Below, in pieces: positions 8,662-19,400 of a stretch of 64,000 nt of DNA. The stretch covers positions 1 to 64,000 of the IMG/VR virus record IMGVR_UViG_3300021561_000002; one strand, given 5' to 3'. Every line of letters begins with the position of its first letter. Positions within the stretch are counted from its first letter, which is position 1. The position numbers and the translations under genes were made by a program. The stretch comes from a virus (taxonomy: Duplodnaviria; Caudoviricetes). The notes below the pieces were generated by a model. That model had not been told where the DNA came from and did not search any database. It worked only from the letters and a program-made list of their open reading frames with translations.

Positions 8662-8987
8662 GTCTTCTCACCGCAGAGCACAACATGAGGAGTGCGGAAG
8701 TAGCCGTCAAGAACGCCCGTGTCGCTATCGACGGTGTTCGGCGGCTACTGTCGTTTTACTCAGAGGAGCACATCGACGAGAGTTCTTTCGATGCGGCCAT
8801 TCAAGCGATGGACCTTGCCCTCGCCGAGTTGAAGAAGCAATCGCAGGTCATCAAGGACAGCGAGCAGTATCAAGCAGAGTACCGGGACAGCTACACGGTC
8901 GCCGCTCTCGGTCGGCAGGAGGATATGTTCGATGTCATCCGGCCAATTCCTTCCAAAGATAGGGGAGTCCGTACACTTCAGGGCTGA
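8658..8987 (+). CDS. Hypothetical helical protein
   Basis: GTG 8658 overlaps the upstream TGA; amphipathic helical sequence. Confidence 0.55.
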   Translation: MSLLTAEHNMRSAEVAVKNARVAIDGVRRLLSFYSEEHIDESSFDAAIQAMDLALAELKKQSQVIKDSEQYQAEYRDSYTVAALGRQEDMFDVIRPIPSKDRGVRTLQG

Positions 8988-9204
8988 GTTGTCCGTGAGG
9001 TTCAAAGTCTTGGTCGATGGGAATAGAACCACGACTGAAGACTTCGTTGGAATGGTTGAAGCGATAGGAACGGTGATGAGCCCACCGAAAAGAGGCTACA
9101 TTCAGTTGAAGGTCGAATCGGTGCAGGACCCCGATACGGGTCTTTGGATGAACGTTCAGAATCCATTCTCGACGTTCGTGGCCCTCGACGACGTTGACCT
9201 TTGA
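8932..9204 (+). CDS. Hypothetical protein
   Basis: 90-aa ORF in the gene run. Confidence 0.5.
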   Translation: MSSGQFLPKIGESVHFRAELSVRFKVLVDGNRTTTEDFVGMVEAIGTVMSPPKRGYIQLKVESVQDPDTGLWMNVQNPFSTFVALDDVDL

Positions 9205-9215
9205 GGAGAAGTGAA

Positions 9216-9734
9216 ATGGACGAGAAACAGCTTTCCAAGGTCGCAAAAATCCCGATGCAGGCCGCCCGCATCGCTTTGAACGATGCCCATTGGAAGAAGT
9301 GGATGAGCGGCAGGGAAGAGGAGCGTGAGGCCAAGGCGAGGCTGGCGAACCTCCGCATGGTCTCCGGCTTCCAAGTTCAAGACAAGCCGATGTCCGATAA
9401 GGACATCCTTGCGGAGATGTACGAGGACTACCTACGCATGGCGCAGTTCGACCAGCGTTCCAAATACACCTTCGTCGTCGAGAACGGCGGCAAGCGTGTC
9501 GGCAAGCGTATCTTCGACATGACGTTCGACGAGTACGTGCGCGACGGCGTGAACAACCTCGATTGGATTGAGAAGACCGACGTGCCCATGTTGCTCCGAA
9601 TCGAGGAGCGAGGCGGCATCGGGACAACGAAGAAGGAAGCGGAGTTCACCTTGCAGTTGGTGGCTCGGATGCGTGAAGCCATCAACCACTACCTGTCTCT
9701 GCCGGAGGATGAAAGAAAGTTGTTCATCGAATGA
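9216..9734 (+). CDS. Hypothetical protein
   Basis: GAGGAG RBS upstream of ATG 9216. Confidence 0.65.
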   Translation: MDEKQLSKVAKIPMQAARIALNDAHWKKWMSGREEEREAKARLANLRMVSGFQVQDKPMSDKDILAEMYEDYLRMAQFDQRSKYTFVVENGGKRVGKRIFDMTFDEYVRDGVNNLDWIEKTDVPMLLRIEERGGIGTTKKEAEFTLQLVARMREAINHYLSLPEDERKLFIE

Positions 9735-10114
9735 ACGACCTCACGCCCTTCAAAAAGGTTCGTAAGGACGGGCTTCTGGCTGAGTTGGGGATTAAGGCCG
9801 AATCCGTGGAAGTCACGCCGAAGGATATTTCCGATGCTCTCGGAAGGGCGGGGGAGATGATTCGGCGTAGGTACGGGGAGAAGCAGTTCCAGAACGAATT
9901 GGGCCAAAAAATAAGGGAAGACCTGAAGACCGCTTTCAGCGGAGGGGTACTGACCGTCGTTGATAAAGGGCTCATCGTTATGGCGTCAGGGTTTGGTAGT
10001 AGCCTCGTTGTCCAGGTCGGGTTCACGGGGGAGCCCATGAAGGTTTGTGTGCTGGATGGAAAGACTAGATTCTTAACGGGCATTGGACTACACTTACTTC
10101 AGGGGGAGTCGTGA
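9731..10114 (+). CDS. Hypothetical protein
   Basis: ATGA overlap with the upstream gene. Confidence 0.55.
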   Translation: MNDLTPFKKVRKDGLLAELGIKAESVEVTPKDISDALGRAGEMIRRRYGEKQFQNELGQKIREDLKTAFSGGVLTVVDKGLIVMASGFGSSLVVQVGFTGEPMKVCVLDGKTRFLTGIGLHLLQGES

Positions 10115-10329
10115 TGGGAGAATTTCTCGATTTCCTCAAATGGGCCGGGGATAAGTGGGGCATCAACGCTGTCATCATCTCTTTGTGGGTGCTGGACCGG
10201 TGGCGGATGGAAAAGATTTTGGACCGAAGCCTCGACCGGTACATAGAACTCGGCCAAACGACGGCCGACACCCTTGCGACAATGATGACCCTCCTCAAAG
10301 AACGCCTTCCCCGAAATCACGACGACTAG
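10111..10329 (+). CDS. Small protein with a hydrophobic segment
   Basis: WGINAVIISLWVL segment; GGGGAG RBS. Confidence 0.5.
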   Translation: MMGEFLDFLKWAGDKWGINAVIISLWVLDRWRMEKILDRSLDRYIELGQTTADTLATMMTLLKERLPRNHDD

Positions 10330-10336
10330 AGGCATC

Positions 10337-10615
10337 ATGTTCGGTCTTGAACGTAAGGTAAAAGAGGCCGAGAGGGTACAGGCGCTCGTCGAGGGGAATG
10401 CGAAGGCTCTCCTAAAGACGGTCGCTATCATAGCCTCCGTTTCGTCTGAGCAGACAGTCAATGTTCGTACCGCAACCCCGAACGGGAACAATAAACCAAA
10501 AATCACCGAGCGGCAAGTCGAGGAGCAACACAAAGTAGTTCTGGCGATGGGAACAGCGGCACGGTCGTTAATGCACTTCGATAGAAGGGAACAACGTCAT
10601 GCCGCAGGGAAGTAA
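10337..10615 (+). CDS. Hypothetical protein
   Basis: GAGG RBS; 92 aa. Confidence 0.55.
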   Translation: MFGLERKVKEAERVQALVEGNAKALLKTVAIIASVSSEQTVNVRTATPNGNNKPKITERQVEEQHKVVLAMGTAARSLMHFDRREQRHAAGK

Positions 10616-10847
10616 CCCCATCGAAGTTCCTCTGTCCTCCCCGTCTGACCTCGCCAACGAGTTCAAGTATCTGACCGAGGACCAGAAGATAGTCAAAATC
10701 ATGGAGATGATGAAGAACATCTATTTCGGCGAGTTGGTCATCAAGAAGCACAAGGGAAAGATTGCCGCTTTCGACTTCAAGGGCCAGGTCTTGTTCCGGC
10801 TCGAAGAGTTCGACAAGGCCAAGGCGGCGAAGGCGGCGAAACTGTGA
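10599..10847 (+). CDS. Small protein, possibly DUF2292/YezD-like
   Basis: IYFGELVIKKHKGKI resembles the FGxVxIxxHxG pattern of DUF2292 (recalled, not searched). Confidence 0.45.
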   Translation: MPQGSNPIEVPLSSPSDLANEFKYLTEDQKIVKIMEMMKNIYFGELVIKKHKGKIAAFDFKGQVLFRLEEFDKAKAAKAAKL

Positions 10848-13800
10848 ACGATGCTCCCATGAGTTCCCAATTTGCCGGAGACCCCAGGGCTCAGTACCGT
10901 CTCCGCATGACAAAGAAGGTCGGCAACCGTATCGAGGAAGTGGACGTTCAGAAACCCGATGCGGCGGCCGAAGAGGATATGATTCTTGCCGGGCTCGAAG
11001 GATTCCAGGGCGGCGGTACGGGCTTCGCTCGGTTCCTTGCCCAAGCCGCAAAACGCTCCTCGAATCCGAGCTTCGGAGTGACCGGCGGATACATCGACGA
11101 GAATGGCGTCCCTCACACCGGCTCGGATGCCGTGCGCCAGCAGTCGGGTTCGACCGGCTTCGCCGATTTCATGCAACGTCAAGCCCTGAACCCCGATGGG
11201 AACAACGAGGAAGACCGTAGCGCCCCGGCGCATGGGTTCGGAGTCAGCGAAGGGGTGGACCCCACACGTGGTCCAGAGCGTCGTCGTGAACCGGCGAATG
11301 ATGGAGGAATGGCTCTCATGGGAGCCACTAATCGAGAACTTTATCCTCACGAGCCCGAGGAGTTGAACCGCAACCCGTTCGGCAAAGGTCAGTCGAGTGA
11401 TTCGTGCGGGGCGACGGCTTCGATGGGCAAAGAGGAAGTCATCAAGAAGCCTCTCCCCGAGCAGGTCCGTGGTGAAGGCGAAGGCACGGACCTCGTGAGC
11501 CGTTCGGGCCGTCGTCGTAGGATGGCGGCCGTCGATAGGAACGGGGCGTCAATCACCGACGGAGACAGGGTGAAGACCCCCGGTGGAGAAGTCGGGACGG
11601 TTGATTTCATCGACTACTCGACCTACCGGATTTACGTCACCCTCGACAATGGTTACGAGGGAGACTTTTCCTCGGGCGAACTTGAGAAAACCGCCGGGCG
11701 GAGAATGGCGGATGGCCCTCTCCCCAACTGGCAGTCCGAGCCCATCGACGACACGGATGTCCGTGAGCGAAACCGCCTCCCTGTCGTCGAGGACCCTTCC
11801 GGGCGTGACGTTCCGGGCAGGGAAGAAGAGAAGGCAACGCAGATTCCCCCACAGAAGTTCGACGACGAAGGCTCGTGGCCGACGCCCGGATTCTCCCAGG
11901 ACTACCCTCAAGAAAAGGTGAGGAGCACCGAAATCATGGCGCATCAGGCGACACGTGTTCGCCTTGCCGACGGGCGTGTTCTCGTCGGCAGAATCGCCTC
12001 GAACGACGGGTACATGGTGGAGTTCGTGGGGCGTATGGCCGGAGACAGGTCCGATGCCCGCTACTCCTTCCCGGCCCATGAGATTCGTGAGAAGGGTCCG
12101 TTCCGGGTTCGCCAGTCAGAACGTCGTGCGCCCGAGACCTTGGACGACGCCTATGCGGCTTTCAGGAGGGTAGGTAGCCGTGTCCCTTTCGGCCGTAAGG
12201 CGGTGAATAACGCAATGGCATCGAAGCGAACCGCCAAGACCATCGGCGCAATCCCGACGACGAAAGCCGGTGTGCCAATCAATCTTTACATCGAGGGCTT
12301 TGATGACGGTGAAGGGTTCTCCTACACCGAAGATGAGAGCAAGGCGATGGACATGGCGGGTTACGAAGGCGACTTCGAGATGATGCACCCCGAAGGAGTC
12401 ATCATGAAAGTCTCTTCGGCCGGGAGAGGAGAAACCGTCCGTACCGCTCGCGTGGTGGCCCCTGATGCTCCGATGCTCTGCGATAAATGCAATCAGGAAA
12501 TCCCTGTCAGCGGCGGTCTTATCGGCTTTTCCGTTACAGATGGGTATTACGCAAATGCTGACCTGTGCGAATCATGCGCGAACGCCGTGGCGAAAGAGCA
12601 GGAACAGAAGTACGAAATGTTTCTCAACGAGAATGATGGCGATGAGGAATATGCGAAGCGGGATTACGAACGCTGGCTCGAAGATGACGAGAGCGGCTCC
12701 CCGTTTACGGCCGAACGGTATCGTTATCGTTCGGCTTCTAGCGACGTGATTCCAGGGGGTCTCTCGGCCGGGCGCGGCGATGAAGAGTTCGACCCTCAAT
12801 CTCTCCTTGATGGCAAGATGGTTGAGAGGGAACACACCGATGACAGGGACGTTGCGAAGGAAATCGCCAAGGACCACCTGACCGAGGACCCGGCATACTA
12901 CGAGAAACTCAAGATGGTGGAATCCAGGACGGCCGGTGAAGGGACGCCTGGGTTCGACGTGGATGATGAGGTCATCGAAATCCTGCGTGCCGTCAAGAAC
13001 CAGAATGACGGCGGCATTGGAAGCCACACGTTGAGCGAGTTGTCCGACATGGGACTCATGAATTTTTCTCCCGGCGTGGAGTCAACTCTTGAGCCCGGTC
13101 GTTGGTTCCTTACGGAAAAGGGAGAGGCCATGTTGAAAGCGGCGTCAGTCAGAACGGCGGACGGATTCTCAGCGAGCGATGACGAGGGCGACCCGATGGA
13201 CCCCATCGTGCCCGGTCAACGCCGTCAATGCGATAAGTGCGGAGAGACGTATCTTCCGGCCACGCCCGAAGGTGGTCCCGCCGAGCGTGATGACTACTTG
13301 TGCGACAACTGTTACACCGAGAAGATGAAATCAAGGGGGCTGGCGATGGGCTCAAGGATTGCCGGTGCGAGTACCGCTTTCGACGTGACTCTGAACGGCG
13401 AGGTCATCGACACCGTTTATTACGACCAGGGTTCGACCGAAGAGACGGTTCGGCGTGACCTCATCGAACACGACGGGTACGACCCGTCCATCAGCGTCAC
13501 GAAACGTCAAGCCTCCAAGAAAACCGCTGAGGTCGATGTCGATACTCTCCAAAACGAGTTGGAGCCCGGCTTCATCGAGGACATCAAAAGGATGAGAGAA
13601 GAAGGAAAGTCCGATGACTATATTCGGTCGCTCTTTTCGCCTCATGCCGGTCCCGAACTTACGGAAGAGTGGATGGCGAGGGCTTCGTCCAAGCGTGTCG
13701 CCGCTGTCTCCGTCGGGGACCGCGTTCGCTATGCGAGTACCGCTTTCGACGTGACTCTGAACGGCGAGGTCATCGACACCGTTTATTACGACCAGGGTTC

Positions 13801-14269
13801 GACCGAAGAGACGGTTCGGCGTGACCTCATCGAACACGACGGGTACGACCCGTCCATCAGCGTCACGAAACGTCAAGCCTCCAAGCGTGTCGCCGCCGTG
13901 GCGGCTCCCGACCGTAACGCCGGGGAAGACAAGTCCATCGGTGATGGTCAACTGTATGGCGATGACTCGGCCATGCGTGACCAGTTGAAAATCCGTGACA
14001 AGCGCCGCAAGGCCATGAAGGAGCGGTTGACGGCGATGCTTCGCACGGCCGTTCAGTTGGACAGGGCCGGGAAGCACGCCGAGGCCAAGGCCGTTGACCG
14101 GCGAATCGAGGCGATGTACGAGACCTGGAAGCGTGAGGGGAAGGCCATCGAGGGCCTCTCTAGCTTGATGTACCGTAGGTCTCTGTCCCGCATGGCGAGA
14201 GACAACAAGAAGTCCACGTTGTTCTTCCAGAATCAGGCCAAGGCTTCGCAAGACAACCCGTTCCTTTGA
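10844..14269 (+). CDS. Modular acidic polyprotein A (1141 aa); putative internal head/cargo protein
   Basis: Series of small domains (SH3-like, two Zn-binding, DUF5661-like, a duplicated module) separated by linkers such as GRRMA, ASKRTA, ESRTA, ASKKTA, SSKRVA. Confidence 0.8.
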   Translation: MNDAPMSSQFAGDPRAQYRLRMTKKVGNRIEEVDVQKPDAAAEEDMILAGLEGFQGGGTGFARFLAQAAKRSSNPSFGVTGGYIDENGVPHTGSDAVRQQSGSTGFADFMQRQALNPDGNNEEDRSAPAHGFGVSEGVDPTRGPERRREPANDGGMALMGATNRELYPHEPEELNRNPFGKGQSSDSCGATASMGKEEVIKKPLPEQVRGEGEGTDLVSRSGRRRRMAAVDRNGASITDGDRVKTPGGEVGTVDFIDYSTYRIYVTLDNGYEGDFSSGELEKTAGRRMADGPLPNWQSEPIDDTDVRERNRLPVVEDPSGRDVPGREEEKATQIPPQKFDDEGSWPTPGFSQDYPQEKVRSTEIMAHQATRVRLADGRVLVGRIASNDGYMVEFVGRMAGDRSDARYSFPAHEIREKGPFRVRQSERRAPETLDDAYAAFRRVGSRVPFGRKAVNNAMASKRTAKTIGAIPTTKAGVPINLYIEGFDDGEGFSYTEDESKAMDMAGYEGDFEMMHPEGVIMKVSSAGRGETVRTARVVAPDAPMLCDKCNQEIPVSGGLIGFSVTDGYYANADLCESCANAVAKEQEQKYEMFLNENDGDEEYAKRDYERWLEDDESGSPFTAERYRYRSASSDVIPGGLSAGRGDEEFDPQSLLDGKMVEREHTDDRDVAKEIAKDHLTEDPAYYEKLKMVESRTAGEGTPGFDVDDEVIEILRAVKNQNDGGIGSHTLSELSDMGLMNFSPGVESTLEPGRWFLTEKGEAMLKAASVRTADGFSASDDEGDPMDPIVPGQRRQCDKCGETYLPATPEGGPAERDDYLCDNCYTEKMKSRGLAMGSRIAGASTAFDVTLNGEVIDTVYYDQGSTEETVRRDLIEHDGYDPSISVTKRQASKKTAEVDVDTLQNELEPGFIEDIKRMREEGKSDDYIRSLFSPHAGPELTEEWMARASSKRVAAVSVGDRVRYASTAFDVTLNGEVIDTVYYDQGSTEETVRRDLIEHDGYDPSISVTKRQASKRVAAVAAPDRNAGEDKSIGDGQLYGDDSAMRDQLKIRDKRRKAMKERLTAMLRTAVQLDRAGKHAEAKAVDRRIEAMYETWKREGKAIEGLSSLMYRRSLSRMARDNKKSTLFFQNQAKASQDNPFL
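13366..13885 (+). repeat. 154-bp exact direct repeat (13366-13519 and 13732-13885)
   Basis: Identical sequence encoding ASTAFDVTLNGEVIDTVYYDQGSTEETVRRDLIEHDGYDPSISVTKRQASK; offset 366 bp, in frame. Confidence 0.95.
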
Positions 14270-14276
14270 GGGGCAC

Positions 14277-14990
14277 ATGCTGACCATTTCGGCTTCGATT
14301 TCCTACGACTCTAGGGGAAACATCCTGCACAAGGGCGACAGGGTGCTGGCACCGATACCGGTGTCGGATACCTTTTCGGAGTTTTCCGTCGGTACGGATA
14401 TGACGGATACTCTTGTGGAAGCTGAAATATACGATATTCTAGTGGGCAACAGGATTGCTGTCGTCCATCCCGAAGACAAGACCCTCGTGGTCATGGACTC
14501 GGGGAGCACGACCAAGGTGGACAAGCTGGTTCAGGTCGTGGAGCATTTCGAGGGCGACCAAATCGGTCGGATGAACGAGGAGTCGGAGTTGGGCCGAGCG
14601 AGGCTTATGTCTCCGAAGGACGAACTCCTGAACGAAGTGGCTGACATCCTTCTCGACCTGATGAAGTCGGTCAAGAAGGTGGTCATGGCGACGGCCTACA
14701 ACATCAAAAAGGTGGAGAGCGTCGTTACCGCCAGGACCGGTCGTGTCATGGAGGGCAAGGTCGAAGCTGAAATTCACGTTGCCGACATGATGATGAAAAG
14801 GAAGTCCAAGCTGTACGTGGAGTTGTTGGTGCGAGAAGGGACTGTGCAGACACCATTCGGGTTCAGCACCTCGGACGGAAAGCAGTTTCCGTTCAACGAG
14901 GCTGGTATCCGAAAACATTTGAATATCCCGCTGGAACCGTACATCGGAAAGAAACCATCGGGCGCTGTCATGTCGTACAGAAAAGATTAA
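14277..14990 (+). CDS. Hypothetical virion-associated protein with an N-terminal SH3-like motif
   Basis: YDSRGNILHKGDRV resembles the DxxGxxIxxGDxV modules of the neighbouring polyproteins. Confidence 0.65.
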   Translation: MLTISASISYDSRGNILHKGDRVLAPIPVSDTFSEFSVGTDMTDTLVEAEIYDILVGNRIAVVHPEDKTLVVMDSGSTTKVDKLVQVVEHFEGDQIGRMNEESELGRARLMSPKDELLNEVADILLDLMKSVKKVVMATAYNIKKVESVVTARTGRVMEGKVEAEIHVADMMMKRKSKLYVELLVREGTVQTPFGFSTSDGKQFPFNEAGIRKHLNIPLEPYIGKKPSGAVMSYRKD

Positions 14991-15002
14991 AGGAGCCGAA
15001 AG

Positions 15003-16370
15003 ATGCCGCCTGTCAATGCGCCTCTCACCGCCGACGCCACGATGCAGGTCCCTGCGACCTCCGTGGATTTCCAGGGCCAGAAGGGTAACTCCTTCGAGCT
15101 TGGCCTTGGCGTCAACATCCAGCCGTGTAACAACATCGTTGGCATGAACACGACCTCCGTGGTCGTCGCTTCTCAGGCCAACGTCGCCGTAGCCAGCGCC
15201 CTCGAAAACGGGGACGTGGTTGACGGCGTGACTCTCGCCACCGGCAACCTCGTGTTGCTCAAGGCGCAGACCGACCCCAAAGAGAACGGTGTGTACGTGG
15301 TGCCCGCCGCTGGTGCCGCCTCCCGCTCCGCTTCCTTCGGGGCCTATGGCCTGTCGTACCACCGGACGCCCGTTCGTGTCTTGGGCGGCACGGACGCCGG
15401 GAAGATTTTCCTTCAGGCGACCCGTGGTGCCATCGTGGTCGGGACTACGCTCGTGACGTTCGAGGAGTTCGTCGGGCAGTTGGAGCACCAAGCCGACATC
15501 CTCGATGCCACCAAGGAAGCCCTGAACCGTCAGAACGTGAAGCCGTGGCACTCGATTTCCCGCCCTCGCTGGACGGATGGCATCCTGAGTTTCGACAATC
15601 AGGTCATGGAGGGTTTCTACCCGAAGGACAACGTGCGCTTGGCGACCACCGCCGCTCACGGCCTGTCCGGCCTTGCGGCCATCGACGGTGTGACCCCCGT
15701 GGCTGGCGACCGCATCCTGGTCAAGAACGGCACGACCTCTCCGTCGCTCTATACCGCCTGCCGTTGCTCGTCCGTCGGTGCGAACATCGTTCTCGCCAGC
15801 GGCCTTGAGAACGGCGACACGCTCGATTCCCTCACGCTGGCGACCGGCGACCGTGTTTTGGTCAAGGACCAGACCGACCCCATTGAGAACGGCATCTATG
15901 TCGTTCAGGCTTCGGGTGCGGCCGTCCGTGCGACCGACATGGACGTTGCGAGCGAGGTCATCCTCGGGAAGGGCGTGACCGTCACGGAAGGGACGAACGC
16001 CGGCAAGTATTACGCCGTGTCCGCCGTCCCTCATACGATGGGCGTCAACCCGCTGACCTTTGCGCTGTCTTCGGCCGCCTTGCTTGCGGCCGTCGCCAAC
16101 GGCATCTACGTGGCCGATTCCGGCTCGTGGTCCCGCTCGGCCGACGCCAACACTTCGGCGGAAGTCCGCAACGGGATGACGGTGTTCGTGACGGAGGGCG
16201 CGGCGAACGGGGAGAAGTCGTTCTTCATCAGCACGGCGGACCCCTTCTATCTCAACGTGACTCCTCTCGCCTTCAACAACCTCACGGACGTTCTCACCGA
16301 GAACATCGTGAACCAGCCGACCGATACGGTCAAGAATGCGTCGGACGCTGGAATGTACCGGTCGCTGTAA
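15003..16370 (+). CDS. Head fibre/decoration-like protein with three copies of a DGVTLxxGDRVLVKxQ...ENGIYVV domain
   Basis: Three recognisable copies of a domain common in phage fibre/decoration proteins; AAGGAG RBS. Confidence 0.7.
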   Translation: MPPVNAPLTADATMQVPATSVDFQGQKGNSFELGLGVNIQPCNNIVGMNTTSVVVASQANVAVASALENGDVVDGVTLATGNLVLLKAQTDPKENGVYVVPAAGAASRSASFGAYGLSYHRTPVRVLGGTDAGKIFLQATRGAIVVGTTLVTFEEFVGQLEHQADILDATKEALNRQNVKPWHSISRPRWTDGILSFDNQVMEGFYPKDNVRLATTAAHGLSGLAAIDGVTPVAGDRILVKNGTTSPSLYTACRCSSVGANIVLASGLENGDTLDSLTLATGDRVLVKDQTDPIENGIYVVQASGAAVRATDMDVASEVILGKGVTVTEGTNAGKYYAVSAVPHTMGVNPLTFALSSAALLAAVANGIYVADSGSWSRSADANTSAEVRNGMTVFVTEGAANGEKSFFISTADPFYLNVTPLAFNNLTDVLTENIVNQPTDTVKNASDAGMYRSL

Positions 16371-16398
16371 GACCGGGTTTTTGCAGGGCATCTTCGGC

Positions 16399-16427
16399 GG
16401 GTCCGCTCTCTTCTTGAGGGCGGACCC
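16399..16427 (+). terminator. GC-rich hairpin between the 15003 gene and polyprotein B
   Basis: gggtccgctctc-ttctt-gagggcggaccc, a 12-bp stem with one G-U pair; no clear U tract follows. Confidence 0.4.
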
Positions 16428-16445
16428 CCTCCTTCGAGGACATCA

Positions 16446-19400
16446 ATGGATAGGGCTACCCGCAGGGCACTCCGTCGGAATACCTACGCTCTCATGGCCG
16501 AGCGAGTTCGTAGGGAGGCTCAGGTCAGCGTGACCGAAGAATGGGCACCGGATGGTACGGTGAAACGCACTACCAAGATGGACAACTCGATGCCCGGAGA
16601 GGCGGAGTTGCTCCTGAAGATGTTGTCGTTGGCTCCGCCCGAGGCGGCGGAGGTCGTGAACGATGCGAAGGCCAAAGGCATCTTGCCCGAGGGGAATCCT
16701 GCGCCCGCTCCGACCGAGGAAGTAGTGGCCGAGCAGGGTCCGGCGATGCAGGAGGACGACCAGGCGGACGTGAAGGGTCGAGTCTCGGAAGGAAAGAAGG
16801 ATTTTCGGGCCTCCGGTAAGAGGTCGTTCTATCCCGACGTTTTGATGCACAAGGTTTTCAACGTTGACGCTCCCGTGACGGCCTCAAAACGCACCGCCGA
16901 TGATAGTGGTGTGTTTGCCGAGGGAGACTTAATCCGGGTGACTCGTGGCGGATACGCCGGTTTGACCGGGAAGGTTCTCGGGTATTCCAGAAACGATGCG
17001 TATTCCGTTCAGCTTGATGGAGGCCAGCCTGGCGATGGGAAGGGCGGGCAATGCGAGTTCTACTCTTCGGAGATGGAGAAGACCGCTTCCAAGCGTACCG
17101 CCGAACTCCGAATCAAAACGACCTACGAGGTCGTGACTCCCGAGAGTGCCGAGGCCGGTGACTTCGAGGAGACTGGCTGGCACGACGAAGTGGGCAAAAC
17201 CTTTTCTAGTGTCGAGGAGGCCGCCTCGTTCCTTCGCAACGAAGGGGCCACCGAGTATTCGGACAGCCGACCCGACTTCAACCAGGGCTATCGTGGATGG
17301 TACATCGGACAGCCCGACAATGATTACGAGACCGGGGCCGAGACCACGAAGAACTACCACCTGGAAGGTTTCTCTTCTGATGACGCCAGGGAACTCCACA
17401 AGCTCGTCACGGGTCAGGATACGCCTCCCATCGACCACGGCCAGCAGGAGATGTTTGCGGCGAAGCGGGTTGCGGTAACGAGGGAAGATTTTGTCAATGC
17501 GGCCACCGAACAATACTTGAAAAGTGGCGTCTCCTACGACGAAGCAAGACAGTATGCGGAAGACGATGCTGATTACATCGAGGGCCCGGCGCCAGAATTT
17601 ACCCGATATGTGCATGGCCCCTTCGATAAGGCTTCATCGAAACGCACCGCCTCGTTCCAAGTCGGCGACCGGGTTCGCATTACGCAGTACGAACACGCCG
17701 GTAAAGAAGGTGAACTCGGTTCGACCAACGATTACACGAACAAAGTCTTGGTCATCTTGGACGATGGGACTCGTGTTCGTGTCTGGCCAGGAGACCTTGA
17801 GAAGGTTGGCTCTAGGCGTACCGCCTCGTTCCAGGTAGGCGACAAGGTTCAAACGAAAGACGGGCGTTCCCCGATTTTCAACGTTGTCGAAGAATCCCGT
17901 GAGCGTGGCGACGGGTTTACGGTTTATGACCGCCTCGTTGTCGTCGAGGCTAACGGTCAACGGTACGAGATGAGCGAGAAGGACTTGGTGAAGGTTGCAT
18001 ACAGCCGTTACTCCGGCGACCCGTTTTGGATGAAGGTGAAGTATCCCACGACCTGTAAGCGGTGCGGAAAGTCCGTCCAGCCAGGCGAGGAGGTTTTCCG
18101 GTTCAAGGACGGCTCGATGTATTGCGACGCCCCTGATTGCGGTCAGCGGGAGTCGAACTCTTTCAATGCGTCGGCGCAGGACGAAGCCATGTTCGGCGGA
18201 GGCATGGACGAAGGCATGATGGAGTTCGGGTCGAAGCGCGTGGCCGCTGATTGGGAGTCTCTTCTTCGCAAGCAGAGAGACGCCGAGGGATACGTGGCCG
18301 CAATCAAGGACACCCGTGGCGGGGAAACGTATTGGGGCAAGTCCGGCGAGACGCACAAGGAACTCATCTTCCGGGTTTTCATGGAACAGAGCGACGACAA
18401 AAAAGACGTTCGGAATCTCATCATCGCGTTGGATATGTACGGCATCGGAAGCGGCCCATTCTCGCACATCGAAGCGGGATTCGTTGACCCCGAAGAGGGG
18501 CGTTTTCTATCTCAAGACGAGATGCAGAACCGCATGGGCGGAGGAGGCAAGGGGAGAATCATTACGGAATACCTTCCCTCTTACCAGACCGCCGCGAAGC
18601 GCACGGCGCAGTCCACCCGCGAGTACCTCGAAACCTTCTTCGAGGAGAAACAGCTTCCTCATCAATCGTGGGACATCACGGACCAGAACGGGACCATGCA
18701 CTACATCGACAGCGATGTGGTCATCGAGGCCCTGCTCAACGCTCCACCGCAGGAGCAGGAACAAGCGGCCAACATCATCCGCAAAATCGACTTCATGAAC
18801 GGTGACGTGAACCACTTCCTGAAACATCTTGCGACCGGGCTCGTCATGAACTCCTCGGGAGGTTCCGAGATTTTCGCCATGAGGCGTTCTCTGAAGACCG
18901 CCGGATACTCCGTCCGTAAGGGAACCAAGGCTGAAATCGAGGCCATCTATCCTTCCCTTCAGATGGTGTCGGCCAGCGGGGAAGCGAACTTCAGTAAGCC
19001 CTCTTTCGCATCCATCGAGGACGAAATCTCCATCGGCGACAATGGCTCGGTCACGGTGTTCAAGGGACCGGACCGCTCTGGCGTGACCGGCAAGTGGTGG
19101 GAGTTGGAAGGCGTTCCGGTCGAAGTGTACGACCGCACGGCCTCCAAGAGGCAAGCCGATTTCAAGGGCGGGGAGCGTGTGAAGATAAACAGCGACTTCG
19201 CGGAGTTTCCCTACGGTTTTGTGGAAAGCGTCAATGATGACGGAACCGTGAAAGTCGTTTACGACAACGAGGGAACTTGGGGACATGGAATTGGTCCCGC
19301 GAGAACGTTCTATCTCAATGAGTTGGAAAAGACTTCTTCCAAGCGTAAGGCTGATGACAGCCGTGTTCCTCAAGTCGGCGACACCGTCGGCAAGGTGACG

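Noticed and set aside
10111-10329. Possible holin
   Set aside because: It has only one modest hydrophobic segment and no adjacent lysin; a better holin candidate lies at 63320.
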